A stretch of DNA of 64,000 nucleotides from the NCBI GenBank assembly GCA_951406725.2, contig OX597818.1:136648001-136712000 (forward strand). Reading direction: 5' to 3'. A program made the position numbers and the translations under genes. Positions 23,537-37,211 of this stretch are shown in pieces. The notes beneath the pieces are model-generated. The model was not told the origin of the DNA. It saw nothing but the letters and a program-made list of their open reading frames with translations, and did not search any database. Origin of the DNA: Octopus vulgaris. Lineage: Eukaryota. How positions within the stretch are numbered: the stretch's first letter is position 1; the number at the start of each line of letters is the position of its first letter.

Positions 23537-23641
23537 AAGTTCCTTGTTTTTCCTGATGAGAAGGCGGCATAATGCACCCCTTATTCCTTCGAAATTAGGA
23601 ATATGCAGCCTTCGAAACATATGTCGAGAATAAAGGAATTT
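23537..23641 (+). ncRNA. Type I hammerhead ribozyme (GUC cleavage triplet)
   Basis: CTGATGA 23553-59, stem II GAAGGC/GCCTTC, GAAA 23614-17, palindromic stem III CATATG, TC, stem I TTCCTTGTTTTTC/GAGAATAAAGGAA; predicted cut after 23625. Confidence 0.88.
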
Positions 23642-23825
23642 TGTTAATTCATCGTTCAACTCCATTCTTTCATTGATTTGTATTTAAAAAAACACACAAA
23701 TTTCCACACGAAAGCACGTGATCTCTGCCCTTGGCATGTAGCTTCAACCGTGTTTTTCTGATGTGAATTTGCTACCCAGGTATCGGTTAACCGAATTATC
23801 CATAATAAGGTAATTCATTCAACTA

Positions 23826-23870
<45 letters not shown>

Positions 23871-24561
23871 TGGACACAGAGACTTCCACAGTTTCTGTTG
23901 ACCAAATTCACTCACAACTCATTGGTCAGCCCAGGACTACAACAAACTACATTTGGTCAAGATGCAGCATAGTTGGGATTGAACCTGAAACCTGCATCAG
24001 TTCATAGTTTTGTTTAAATTAAGTATGATCATCATATAAGTTTAGTTTGTTTTTTCTTTTTTTACCCTTTCTCTTATAAATTTAAATAAAATATGGAAAA
24101 CAAAAGATAAAAAAAAAGATACAATAAAAACAAACACAAACCAAACTACAAACACCATTTCTAGAGACAGATGTCTACTGATAGATACCTCAATCCCCAA
24201 ATCGGAAACCTCTGTGTGTGCATGTGTGTGTATGCAAACACACACACACACATACATACACCTCCAAATGCAATTGAAGACGTTAGGTACAAATATTTAT
24301 AAGTAGAGATTACAAGAATGTGAAAACTGAAAGAAAATACAAACCAGACCGGACTGGTAGTAATTGGAGTGGTAGTAGTTTCGGTAATAGTGTTGATAGT
24401 TGTGGTTGAATTGATGGTAATAGTAATGATGGTTTAAGTAGTAGTAGTAGTAGTAGTAGTATGGCGATAGTTTTAAATGATAAAAGCATACAAGAAGTAA
24501 ACAAAGGCAGATACAAGAATAATAAATTCTAGCACCAGACATATGTGCGTGTGTATATATA

Positions 24562-24601
<40 letters not shown>

Positions 24602-25009
24602 TATATATATATACATATATATTAGTAGGTGTGTGTGTACATACATATATACATACATACATATATATATATAAGTAGGTGTGTGTACATACATACATAC
24701 ATACATATAAAGGATTTGGGGGGTTTAGTTCACTGGGGATCTAAACGAATATGTATGCTGATTAAGTGCTATAATTACTCATCTGTTAGGTTCCAAGTTC
24801 ACAGCTGAAGCTGGAACTAGGGATCAATATTAGGCTTCCGTGTTATCCAAGAGTGGATCTCAGATTGGAAGTTGAAAGCTCAAGGAAAAATAAATAAAGA
24901 TAAAAAACAGAAAAAAGAACCTACATATATGTTTCAGTTGTTCCATTTAGCTGATGGGAATTTCCAAGCATATTGTTTAATGTCAGGAAATTGCCACATT
25001 CAAGTTATA

Positions 25010-25600
25010 TTGTAGCAGGACTTTGTCAGGTTTCTTACATCAAAATTATGCAAAAATGAAAATAACACTGATGCCCCATTTTAACAGGTATCAAAATTAC
25101 ATGAAAATATCTTGAAATACTAAAGAGTAAATTCATTCAATAAAATCGCCACAGCCTCCGGATAACTTTGGAATCTCCTGCAACTCTTCTGGACAGTCTC
25201 CTTGTTTAAGTTGGCCAATAATCTGCCATAATCCTTGCCTTCAGTTCATCTTTGGTGTTACAAGGAGTTTTGTTGGTCTCTCGCTCAACTGCACCCCACA
25301 CATAATAATCAAGGTGGTGGCAGTCTGGGGAGTTAGGTGACCAGATGTTAGGGGTGATGTGGTCGCAGAAATTGTCTGACAGCCATGACTGGGTTTTCCT
25401 GCTTGTGTGGCATGGTGCAGAGTCCTGTTGCCAGACATAGGGTCTTCCAGCAGCAACCCTCTTGACCCAGGGAAGCACTACCTTCTCAAGGCACTTGCTG
25501 AGCACAAGGCCTTGTGGGAAGATGAATGGAGGTATAACGTCACCATTACTAGTGATCACACCAAACACCATGATGTTGACAAAATGTTTTATCTTAATTA
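25010..25600 (-). mobile_element. Tc1/mariner superfamily DD37D (maT) transposase remnant
   Basis: MVFGVIT..YVWQQDSAPCH..WSPNSPDCHHLDYYVWG; 37 residues between the second and third Asp; frameshifted C-terminus ..KSCRRF..DFIE*. Confidence 0.92.
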
Positions 25601-26518
25601 CTCACGGTAAATGTTCTCAGATTGACACCCAAACACTCCCACAGAGAAAGACACGAGTATTATTATAGTAGATTATTATCATTATTATTATTATTATTAT
25701 TATTATTAGGTGGTGAGCTGGCACAATTGCAGTATTTCGCCTGTCGTTACATTCTGAGTTCAAATTCCACTGAGGTTGACTGCTTTCATCTTTTCAGGGG
25801 TCAATTAAATCCATACCAGCTACGCACTTAATTCCCTCCCTCAAGATGCTCCTGTGGCAAAAATTTGGAATCATTATTAGTATTCAAATGCTGCCGAGGT
25901 TAACTTTACCTTTCATCCTTTCAGGGTTGATAAAATAAATGCCAGTTTAGCACTGAGACTGATGTAATTAACTTTCCTACGCCTTAAAATTACTGGCTTT
26001 GCACCAAAATAAGGATTATTATTATTTATTTATTTATTGCCCACAGGGGGCTAAACATAGAGGGGACAAACAAAGACAGACAAAGGGATTAAGTCAATTA
26101 CATCGACACCAGTATGTAACTGGTACTTATTTGACTCTGAAAGGATGAAAGGCAAAGTTGACCGCGGCAGAATTTGAAATCAGAATGTAATGGCTTCTCG
26201 TATGTGGAGCTTTTGGCTGGTAGCATTTGCATGTGCAAGTTGTTTGCAAGACATCTAAATAGAGGAATTTATCTCTAAATATAATATGTGACAATTATTC
26301 AGTAGCCATGATAAAACTCCGAAACTCGGAGTTTTATCATGGCTACCAAATCATTGCCACAAATTACAAATTATATTTACAGATATATATATATATATCA
26401 TCATCATCATCATCATCATTTTGTGTGTGTGTGTGTGTGTGCGTGCACACACATATATGTACCATTAACAGAAATGAATCTGAAAAGAATTACTACATTA
26501 AAGATGAGTAACCACCCA

Positions 26519-26700
26519 ACCTATTGTTGAACTAATTAAATAAAGGTAGGATGGCTATCTATTGTTATGCTACTTAAATATATAAAGGTGGGGTAGCTAC
26601 CTATTATTTGGTTAGTTAAATTAAAAGTGGGCAGTTACCTATTGTTGAATCAGTTAAATAAAGGTAGGGTGGACAACTATTACTGTAGTAGATAGATAAA
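26519..26700. repeat. Degenerate ~40-bp minisatellite, 4-5 units
   Basis: ACCTATTGTTGAA..AGTTAAATAAAGGTAGGRTGG repeated. Confidence 0.8.
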
Positions 26701-27801
26701 TAAATAAAATATAGGTTGTCTTTATTTGGAAGATATGGTAAAAAAAATACAGGTAGAATGTTGAAGGGAAAAATATTTTATCGTGTGACACAGATCTCAT
26801 GTATAAACATTATATGTAAATAAACATTGCATATGTATGTTAAAGTGAGTGTATACATACTCATGTGTATGTGTTTATATATATATATATGAATGTATAT
26901 ATATATATGTACATGCTTTTGTATGTATGTATGTATATATGAATATATGTACATATGTATGTATACATATGCAGATAAACAAGTATTTTACTATTTTCTT
27001 AGATACTTCTCTCTTTATTTTCCTCCACATCTTTTCATCCACCAACAACACCTGCTGCTTCCATTCTCCTCCTCGCACTCCCCATCACCCAGATAACACA
27101 TAAATTGTTTAAGACTACCAGCACTTAACTTCATAATGACCAACAATGAAACAAGTTCAAGAGACCACCTTTATGAAATATTCACGTTGCGTTAAGACAA
27201 AAGAGCAGCAAAAACACAGCTCCACCTGCTTACTGTTTATACTACAGTTCATGTCTCACCTTAATAATAATGCAATTTATTAAAGACTACAGACTAGCAG
27301 ACTCCTTAGAGCACCAGAAAAAATGACTTGTGGTTTTTACATTCTGAGTTCAAATCTCATGAAGGTCAATTCTACCTTTTATCTACCCAGGACAAATGAA
27401 ATTAAGTAATGATCAGCAACAATGTTCTGCTTAATTAATGGATACTTGTGTCTCCTATACTTCTTGAGGCAAGATTACAGCTGTGAATCTTCAATGGACC
27501 TTATTAGTCTTCTTTGTACCAAAAACATAATGTCCATAGAACTCTTGAGAGGAGTAATAACCTCAGCTATTATTATTATTATTATTATATACACCCTCTC
27601 CTAAAAAGAAACAGATATAGTAACTACCACACAAAATGAAATTCTTGATTTATTAAAATGATCTTAGTCTCTGGAGGATGTATCATAATTACCAAATGGA
27701 AATTGAAAGTAATTCCACTTGAGAAGGGTAGATATTCTCAAGATTCAAGAATCTTGGGTCTTTTGGATACCAATACCTCTCATATCATTACACACACACA
27801 T

Positions 27802-27840
<39 letters not shown>

Positions 27841-28285
27841 AATATATAGAAAGAGAGATTCAAGAATTCTCTAAAGTTGACAGGTTATTAATGAAAAGGA
27901 CGAGCTTATTGTCTAGAGATAAGAAGTTGTGGACATATGTTTCTGTCTCAATAGCTGTTATCAGGTAGCAAAGGGACTTAGAAAGATATACTATGGCAGT
28001 ATCATAACAGAGTGAAGTGAAGGGGTTTTTATTGAGGTGGCAGTTTTGAGTCTACTGTATAAGCCTGGATAGGCCTTTGGGAGCATAGGGAGGGACAGAG
28101 GGCCAAACATCAGGGCTGCTCACAGTGACACATACTTTAGCTGTGTCATTGCTGTGTGGTTTAGACTTTTGCCTCGCCACTACATGGTTTTGGGATAGGT
28201 CCCACTGCACAAAATTCTGAGTGTTTTCTACTGTATCTTTGAAATTCCAGATGTTTTGTAAGGTTAATTTGATAGATAGATAGAT

Positions 28286-28672
28286 GTGGAGGCGCAATGG
28301 CCCAGTGGTTAGGGTAGCGGACTCGCGGTCATAGGATCGCAGTTTCGATTCCCAGACTGGGCGTTGTGAGTGTTTATTGAGCGAAAACACCTAAAAGCTC
28401 CACGAGGCTCCGGCAGGAGATGGTGGTGATCCCTGCTGTACTCTTTCACCACAACTTTCTCTCACTCTTACTTCCTGTTTCTGTTGTACCTGTATTTTAA
28501 AGGGTCAGCCTTGTCACTCTCTGTGTCACGCTGAATATCCCCCGAGAACTACGTTAAGGGTACACGTGTCTGTGGAGTGCTCAGTCACTTACACGTTAAT
28601 TTCACGAGCAGGCTGTTCCGTTGATTTGGATCAACCGGAATCCTCGTCGTCGTAACCGACGGAGTGCTTCCA
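28286..28672 (+). mobile_element. tRNA-derived SINE family D, full length, in (GATA)n
   Basis: TGGCCCAGTGG A-box, TTTCGATTCCC B-box; near-identical to 57827-58215. Confidence 0.93.
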
Positions 28673-29435
28673 GATAGATAGATAGATAGATAGATAGACA
28701 GATAGAAACAAACTGGAAAAGTATCTGACCACAATATCCTGCCTCAATAACCCCCTTCATCTAACCCAAGCTAGCATGAAAAGAATGCAAGTTAAACAAA
28801 TGAATGAAGAAACATACAGTGATGGAACAATGCAACACAAATTGCACAATTTATGGGATATGTTGTATGTTAGTCATTATGCCTAATGTAAGGCAAGAGA
28901 AGAAGATGAAGAAAACTAAATAAATGAATAAAGACAGATAATTAAGTCAACCTGGAGTAGGTTAATTAAATTTTTTGTTTCTTCAAAATACAAGAAAATA
29001 TACAGCAGCCAGGTACAACACGAAGCATTAGGAGATTGTGATATAAAAAAAAAAATGTAATAAATTAGCCAGGTTAATATCAAGATGTAAGAAACAAATA
29101 CTTGTATATGTGTGAGCTTAAAAGCTGACATTAATTAGATCAGTAACACAATGTCTTCACCAGTTCAATATTGATTTGGGAATGATGTCTAAGATTCTAT
29201 TAATGACAAGCACACACATCTATTTATCTATACACACACACATATAAACATACATGCACCACACACTTAAACACAGAAATCTCTCTTTCTTTCTATATAT
29301 ATATGTGTGTGTGTGTCCGTGTGTGTGTGTGTAATGATATGAGAGGTGTTGGTATGCAGAAGACCCAAGATGGCAGGTAAGTGTTATGGGGGGGGCTATG
29401 CAAGTGCAACTATTTCCCTCTAGTTAACTCTCTCA

Positions 29436-29490
29436 TATCATCTCTGATGAAGGAATATCCCTACTCTCCCAGAAACAGCTACACCTTTCT
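29436..29490 (+). ncRNA. Decayed hammerhead-like motif
   Basis: CTGATGA 29444-50, GGA..TCC, GAAA 29472-75, near-palindromic CAGCTA; cleavage triplet and stem I lost. Confidence 0.4.
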
Positions 29491-29554
29491 CTTTATAAAA
29501 TGTCCTATAAATTCCACACAGCCTTGGTTTTGTTGTCTCATTTTATTTAACATT

Positions 29555-29622
<68 letters not shown>

Positions 29623-31034
29623 TATGTGTTTGTGTGTGTGCATGTATATAGATATATATCTACATACACACACACACAAACCAGCATCAACAGATGTTGG
29701 CCTATATGTGTGTATGTATGATGTCTTTCTACCACTGATGCTGGAATGTCAAAGCACTTCTCATTCTGAGATTTCTGCTTCTCTGCATCTAAGATTCAGT
29801 GACATTAAACATTGTCCTTTGTGTGTGTGTGTGCGTGCATGTGTGTGTGTGTTCATTCTTCTGTTTTGTTCATTCTTCTGTTTTACACCTGTTTTTTCTT
29901 CACTGCCATAGAACGAACAGGTAATTATTTGGGGCAGAATTTTTACAACCAGATGCTCCTTTTGTTGCCAACTCTTTCTTGTTTTCCAAATACAGCAGCT
30001 TTTATTCCACTACTTTGAGAATGCAAAGCTACAGAATGGAATGTTCACTGAAAAATGGCACTGTTTTGTTTTCATTTATTCATTTTTTTGTTTGATTTCA
30101 CTTAGATGATCTCACGTGAAGTGAGAAACAACAACATGTGTGCAGATGTACAAGTGCACTTTTCTTCTTTCTCTCTCACAATACTGGTCTCCACACATTT
30201 ACTATTTACCAACTTCCCTCATAAAGGCACTGGTCAACTAGAGCCAATAGCAGAAGACAGTTTCACCTACAACAAGTGTCTTCCAAGAATGTATGCACAA
30301 GTAGCTTGCTTACCAACCACATGGTTCTGGGTTCAGTCCCACTGCGTGGCACCTTGGGCAAATGTCTTTTACTATATCCTAGAGCCGACCAAAGCATTGT
30401 GAATGGATTTGGTAGACGGAAACTGAAAAGAAGCCCGTCGTATATATATGTTATTTGAGGCGGTCAAATAAGAACATTCTTCAAAAAATCACAGGCCTCC
30501 ATTGACCGACCACAACCTGGTATTCTCTTTGTCATCAATCACTGTAGTTAAATAAGCAAATGAAAGAGAATCTGTATGTAGCTGCTTAACCTGCTAGAAA
30601 TAGCACACAAATTTCCCTCAGATCACAGTGCATCACCACTAAAAAAAGAAAAAAATTACGATGCTATCCTCTTATACAAAAAGACAGGTCAGTCATGGCT
30701 GGAATTCCATTGATCATAGATCTATTGGATTCAGGACTGACCCGGGTTAACGACAATAGCTTGGAGTAAATTTCAATCACCACCACCATCTTTATCTATA
30801 ATCAATTCCTGCCAATTCATTCAATAGCCAATCACTTCCTTACATAATCTGTTGTTATCCTGTTTCACAACTTCAAATTAAACTTCTACTAAATCATTCT
30901 CAGCCAGTTCCTTCACCGTTATTTACACAATTTCAGTATTCATTGCCTGCATATATTTCATCTCTGTCTCCTCTTATATAACTGTCATGTCTATCAATGC
31001 ATCTATTCTTCTCTATAGTATAACACACATTTAT

Positions 31035-31084
<50 letters not shown>

Positions 31085-34000
31085 AGACTTTATAATATAT
31101 AAGTATATAAGTGGACATTATATGATGATGATGATGAGGATGATGCATATATTTATACAAATATATGTATACTATATTGTTATGTATATATATCATATAT
31201 TTGATATGTCCACTGGTTCAAACAATTTTTCATAATACACAATATACACACACACATAAACACAATTATACAATATATAATATATATAATTATATTAAGG
31301 TATGAAATATATATGCTCTCATTGGTTTCAACCAGTCGGCTATGGCTAAGCTACAAAGTTTCATTATTATATAACTGACATGTCCATCAATATAAATTAT
31401 TTTTCATTGAGAGAAAGAGAGAGAGAGAGAGAGAAGGGGGGGTGGAATTAATTCCCTTATCCCCAACAAAGATATCAATTTCCAAAGTTCTTCCATAAGA
31501 ATTTCTTTTCTTTCTGATTAGCAAGAATGGTGAGACAACCATATCTCTAGCTGGTATCTCTATTGCAGACACTATAATAAAAGATACAACTAATTCTTTG
31601 AAATATTCAACTGCTAGTTACCATCCAGAGATATTCTTTCATTGTGGTTGCCTTTTATGGCAACTATCTCATTAGTTTTCTGACTTGTAAGACTCCTGGT
31701 CCGGAACATGAAGAAATGGCACAGGTGTGGCTGTGTGGTAAGAAGCTTGCTTTCCAACTGCATGGTTCTGGGTTCAATACCTCTGTATGGCACCTTGGGC
31801 AAGTGTCTTCTACTATAACCTTTGCCAGATCAAAGCTTTGTGAGTGGATCTACAAGACAAAAGCTTAAAGAAACCTATCAAGCATGTAAATTAGTGTGTG
31901 TGTGTGTGTGTGTGTGCATGTGTGTGAGTGTGAGTGTGTGTTTGTCACCCTTCATCACTTGACAACTGGTGTTGGTGTATCTATATATATATCATCATCT
32001 TCATTGTTTAACATCTCTTTTCTATGTTGGAATATGTTGGAATGGGCTGGACAGTTTGACAAGAGCTGACTAGCTGGACAGCTGTCCAGACAACAGTCAT
32101 CTGTTTTGGCATGGTTTCTTTGGCTGGATGCCCTTCCTAACATCAACCACTTTACAGAGTGTGCTGGTTGCTTTTTACATGCTACCAGCACAAGTGTATT
32201 TTACATGGCACCAACATGAGTGCATTTTAAGTGGCACCTGCAACAATACATACACACACACATATATATATATATATAAAGCATAAAATCTTTACCTAAT
32301 CCTATATAACATAAACAAGTTTATTTCCTTCTACTACACACAAAAAAGCAAAAATAAGAGAAAAATGCTTCCTTCCTAAAAGGGAAAATCAATATATATC
32401 GATCAAGTAATTATTGCTTGAAGCAAGAAGATTTCTATCCATCTAACTGTCACTCCTTGATAGGATGTCCAGTGTGAAACCACAGAGACACAAGGGAAAA
32501 AACACAAGAGAAAGAAAAAACGTAAACCAAAAGCAACAATGACAAACTAGGCTTAATATATTTAATATAAACAGTTTATAGAAAATTGAAAACCTCAGAA
32601 AAATTCCTCACTCTTTATAACAAACAACTGTATTTTTTTTTTTCTTGCAACCATATTCATTTATTTATTTTATTATGTTTTCGAAATTTCAATTCTTTCT
32701 ACATTGTTTCTGTTTTTAGTTTTTATCTGTCACTTTCTCTCACCAGCCCCTCTCAGAACGACCTACCATAGATTTATGACTTTGCTTTAATGTATATGGC
32801 AGTGCTCAACTTTGCCTTTACATTTAGTTCTTGTTCAATTTCTTTATTGCTTTTGCCCCCTACCCATCTGTATGTTTCAAGAAAGCATGGAAATAAAAAA
32901 GAATTATAACTAGAAACAACAACATGAGTTAAAAAAGCTTCAGTAGAGTTTATGGCGATACATTTAGAAGGCAAAAAAGAAAAAGAATATTACACCTGAC
33001 CTCAAGAATCTTATCTGTCAAACAAGGAAGAATTATGCCAGTTTGGGAATATAAAATAAAAGTCATCTTGATATTGAAAATTCTCTGGCAAAGCTGAACA
33101 ACAACAATAAAAAAAGATACACAGTAAAAATATCAGATCAATGCTTAACTGATATTTTTTAGTGTGTGTGTATATGTGTGTGTATATAATGACGCAGGTG
33201 TGGTTAAGTGGGAAGAGGTTTGCTTCTCAACTACATGGTTCCAGGTTCTGTCCCACTACATGGCACCTTGGGTAAATGTCTTCTACTATATAGCCTCTAG
33301 CTGGTCAAAACCGTGAGTGGGGGATAGGTGGGTGAAAACTGAAAGAAGCCCATCAAAGATGTGTGTATGTGTGCATGTGTGTGAGTGTTTTGTGTCTGTC
33401 TTTGTTCTCCACTACCACTTAACAACCAATGTTGCTGTGTTTATGGTGCTGTAACTTAGCGATTCAGCAAAAGGGACTGATAGAATAAGTACTAGGCTTT
33501 AAAAAAAAAGGTATCATGCTCAATTTGTATGACTAAAAAAATTCTTCAAGGTGGAACTCCAGCATGGCTGCAGTCTAATGACTGAAACAAGTAAAAGAAT
33601 ATATGCGTGTATGTGTGTGCGTGCGTGTATGTGTGTGCGTGCATGTGTGTGTATTGTATGTATTAGGGAGCATGGACACAATAATAAGTGTGTGATAATG
33701 AAGCTCTCTTCATAACCATGCAGGTCTTGGTTTTGATTTCTCTGTGCAGCACCTTGGACAAGTTGTTTCTAGCAGAACTTCAAGTTGGCTAAAGAATTGT
33801 AAATGAAATTTGGTTTGGTAAACATAAAATGTCTGAGAAACCAGTTAACACAAGTGAGATTATGAGGTAAAAAGGAGGCAAACAAACAGATAATATATGG
33901 AGTCAAACAGGCTTGCCTGAAAAATGTGTAGAAATTTAAAGTTGAGAAACAACAATCAAAGAAGTGTACAAAAAATGTTAATTATGCCAAAGGAAGAAAC

Positions 34001-34275
34001 AACAGGGAATCCACTCTGGGGCTTGGTGCAGATGAGATGGAAAAAAAAAAAAGATGTATTAGGAGTGTTAGATAAGGATTTTCATAATGAAATAATTCTT
34101 TTGGTTAACCCCAAAATCTATTCTATTACAGAGATGTTATGGAAGACACAGACACACTTTTTAAGATTAATTTCAGATACCTGAAAACAAATTTTTTTTT
34201 TTCTCAAAGTTGGTTAACTGTAAGATGTAAAGAAATATGAAATGCAACTTTACCACAGGTGATAGGAAATGTGTC

Positions 34276-34312
34276 ACTTACCTACAATAGAAAAAAAGAA
34301 AAACTGTAATTA
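34276..34312 (-). promoter_or_regulatory. Candidate recursive splice site (3'ss AG fused to 5'ss GTAAGT)
   Basis: Minus strand TAATTACAGTTTTTCTTTTTTTCTATTGTAG|GTAAGT; junction 34282/34281. Confidence 0.5.
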
Positions 34313-34861
34313 ATAATTTGTTCAAAATAGATTATTCACTGTAAATCAAGTAAAAGAATATTAACACATTTGTTAAACTGAGTATTAAACATATCAATTA
34401 AAAATTATTATGTGCTGAGGAAAAGACTACATCAGCTCAATGACTAATAATATTTTAAACATTCTAGCAAGAATGGGAGACAAAACAAGAGATAAAGATT
34501 GCTTGCCAACATAACATGGCAGTCATGGTTTAGGATGAATGTTGCTGAAATTTAGCACCAATTAATGGATGGCATTTGACTGTAGCCTGTTGTAATACAC
34601 AGAGAAACAGCTTGGTCTATGCTTTTCAAATCAATGAAATCACTCCCTGAGGTACACTGAAATTAATTTTTAAAGATTGTGCTAATTGGGCTGTTGGAAT
34701 TTTCAGGAGGAACTTCTCCAGTAGTAGAAATTGGACAATATTTTTGATCTTCAGTTAATATACATTGCAAGTTGCTTTAGAATCTAGAAACCATATCGGT
34801 TAAGCAAAATCTATTGTGACCAGTTTACATATGAAACAGCCTTATAAATGATATTCCCTGT

Positions 34862-35378
34862 TACTGGCATATCTGTGCTAGCGGGGTGCAAAGAGCACCA
34901 TACGAGTGTGATCGTTGACAGAGTGGCTAACTGGCCTCCATGCCAGTGGCACATAAAAGGCACCATTCGATTGTGATCATTACCAGTGTCGCCTTACTGG
35001 CACTCGAACCCCATGCTAGTAGGGTGTTTAGAGCACCATCCAAACGTGATCGTTGCCAGAGCAGCTATCTGGCCTCCACATAAAAGACGCTATTTGATCA
35101 TGATCGTTACCAGCATCACCTTACTGGCACCTGTGCTGCTGGCATGTGTAAAAGATTTGAGCGAGGTCATTGCCAGTACCGCCTGACTGGCCCCGTGCCA
35201 GTGGCATGTAAAAGCACCCACTACACTCTCAGAGTGGTTGGCGTTAGGAAGGGCATCCAGCTATAGAAACTCTGCCAGATCAAGATTGAAGCCTGGTGCA
35301 GCCATCTGGTTCACCAGCCCTCATTCAAATCGTCCAACCCATGCAGCATGGAGAGCGGATGTTAAACGATGATGATGA
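34862..35378 (+). mobile_element. Family C variant with ~5 tandem units (GTGATCGTTRCCAG type)
   Basis: Same subfamily as 49296-49664. Confidence 0.88.
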
Positions 35379-35796
35379 TTGGGGATGTCAGTCTCTGATC
35401 GCTTAATTTCCAGATGAATGGTGACAAACATGGAATTCTCCATGTCACTTGTCCAAAATGAATGAAGCTGTTGAAGGAAACAATCTTTGAAAGTGTTATG
35501 GGAGAATCCTGAACACCCACATGTGACTGAAGGTGGACTAACTGATTACAATAAGAACTGAGTGAACTATCAAGGGGATACATTATTTACAATTCACAAT
35601 TTACAATAGAACTGTAACAAGGGAATAGTTGATGGCGTTAGTTTGACCGTGTTGGTTTACTATGTTAGTTCAATGTGTATTCGTTTAACAGTCAGTAGTT
35701 GAACACTAAAGACTGAATATCGTAGCTACGGTCAAGTATTTCTGCGAAGGTTATTTTTTTAGATAACCACAACCACCTGTTTATTTGTGTAATACC

Positions 35797-36019
35797 CATT
35801 TCTTTATTACCCACAAGGGGCTAAACATAGAAGGGACAAACATAGGTATTAAGTCGATTACACGACCCCAGTGCATAACTGGTACTTAATTTATCGACCC
35901 CGAAAGGATGAAAGGTAAAGTCGACCTCGGCGGAATTTGAACTCACAACGTAACGCAGACGAAATACCGCTAAGCATTTCGCCCGACGTGCTAACGTTTC
36001 TGCCAGCTCGCCGCCTTAA
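35797..36019 (-). mobile_element. SINE family B, full length with 16-bp TSD
   Basis: TTATTTGTGTAATACC at 35781-35796 and 36020-36035. Confidence 0.93.
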
Positions 36020-36762
36020 TTATTTGTGTAATACCATTTTACACCAGACATGTACACCCACGTCATAACAGAAAGTGTTCTCCATAAGTCATGCAAAATC
36101 CCTTTAAAAGCTGTCCAGAGATATTATGTTCTTTAAGGAGGCAGGATTCTGTGAAAAAATAGGTAGATGGTTTTTGGATAGTAATGCGACAATGTGGTGA
36201 TTGTACGGTCTGATGTTTGTGGTTGTAGTATTTGATCTAGGAAGTAGCATTGTCTATACAAGAATATCTAACTTTAACATTATGTGAATTGAAACATACT
36301 AAAGAAACCCCTACAGGGTCACTTGAAATTTTAGACATAATAGTCAAATGTCCCTCATATCACATACACTGCTGTAATAAAATAACAACAACGGTGGGTT
36401 TTGTCGTTCCTAACATAAAAAAACACTGTGATTGCCATGGTTGGAGTGCCTTTGATCACAGGTATACTCAATCAAGGCTGATTTAAGGCTAAACCACAAG
36501 AGATAACTCTATCAATCAATATAAATATCCTATAGCTCTCATATACACATGTACTGCTCCTACCTATTCACTCTGCACCCCCCCCGCCAATTTAAGATCA
36601 GAAATGAAAAGCAACTGAAATTATATGAATAACAGATGTTAACATTAAATGTATGTATGGCTCAGACCAAAAATACTTAAAAATTTACCAAAGCATGTAA
36701 ACTCACAGTGTGGGTGTATATTTAAAGAGAAATATGTATTTATATATGTAAAAGAATGAGAG

Positions 36763-36793
<31 letters not shown>

Positions 36794-36814
36794 AAGGTGC
36801 GGAGAAAGTGTGTG

Positions 36815-36842
36815 TGATATATACATATATATATATACATAT

Positions 36843-36873
<31 letters not shown>

Positions 36874-37128
36874 CATATATATATACACACACACACATAT
36901 ATATACATATATATACACACACACACACATATATATATATATACATATATACACACACACACACACATATATACATACACACACACACATATATATATAC
37001 ACACACACACATATATACATACACACACACACACATATACATATATATATACACACACACACACACATATATACATATATATATACACACACACATATAT
37101 ACATATATACACACACACACATATATAT

Positions 37129-37210
<82 letters not shown>
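36815..37210. repeat. Compound (TA)n(CA)n microsatellite
   Basis: Direct; similar blocks at 47420-47725, 52090-52520, 59405-59810, 60170-60330. Confidence 0.97.

Positions 37211-37211
<1 letters not shown>

Noticed and set aside
32767-32867. Minus-strand coding exon with strong splice sites
   Set aside because: Stops in all three frames before the donor; could only be non-coding or terminal, so not called as CDS
35640-35737. pre-miRNA-like hairpin bounded by TTGACCGT/ACGGTCAA
   Set aside because: Only about 9-12 bp pair; interior pairing is poor
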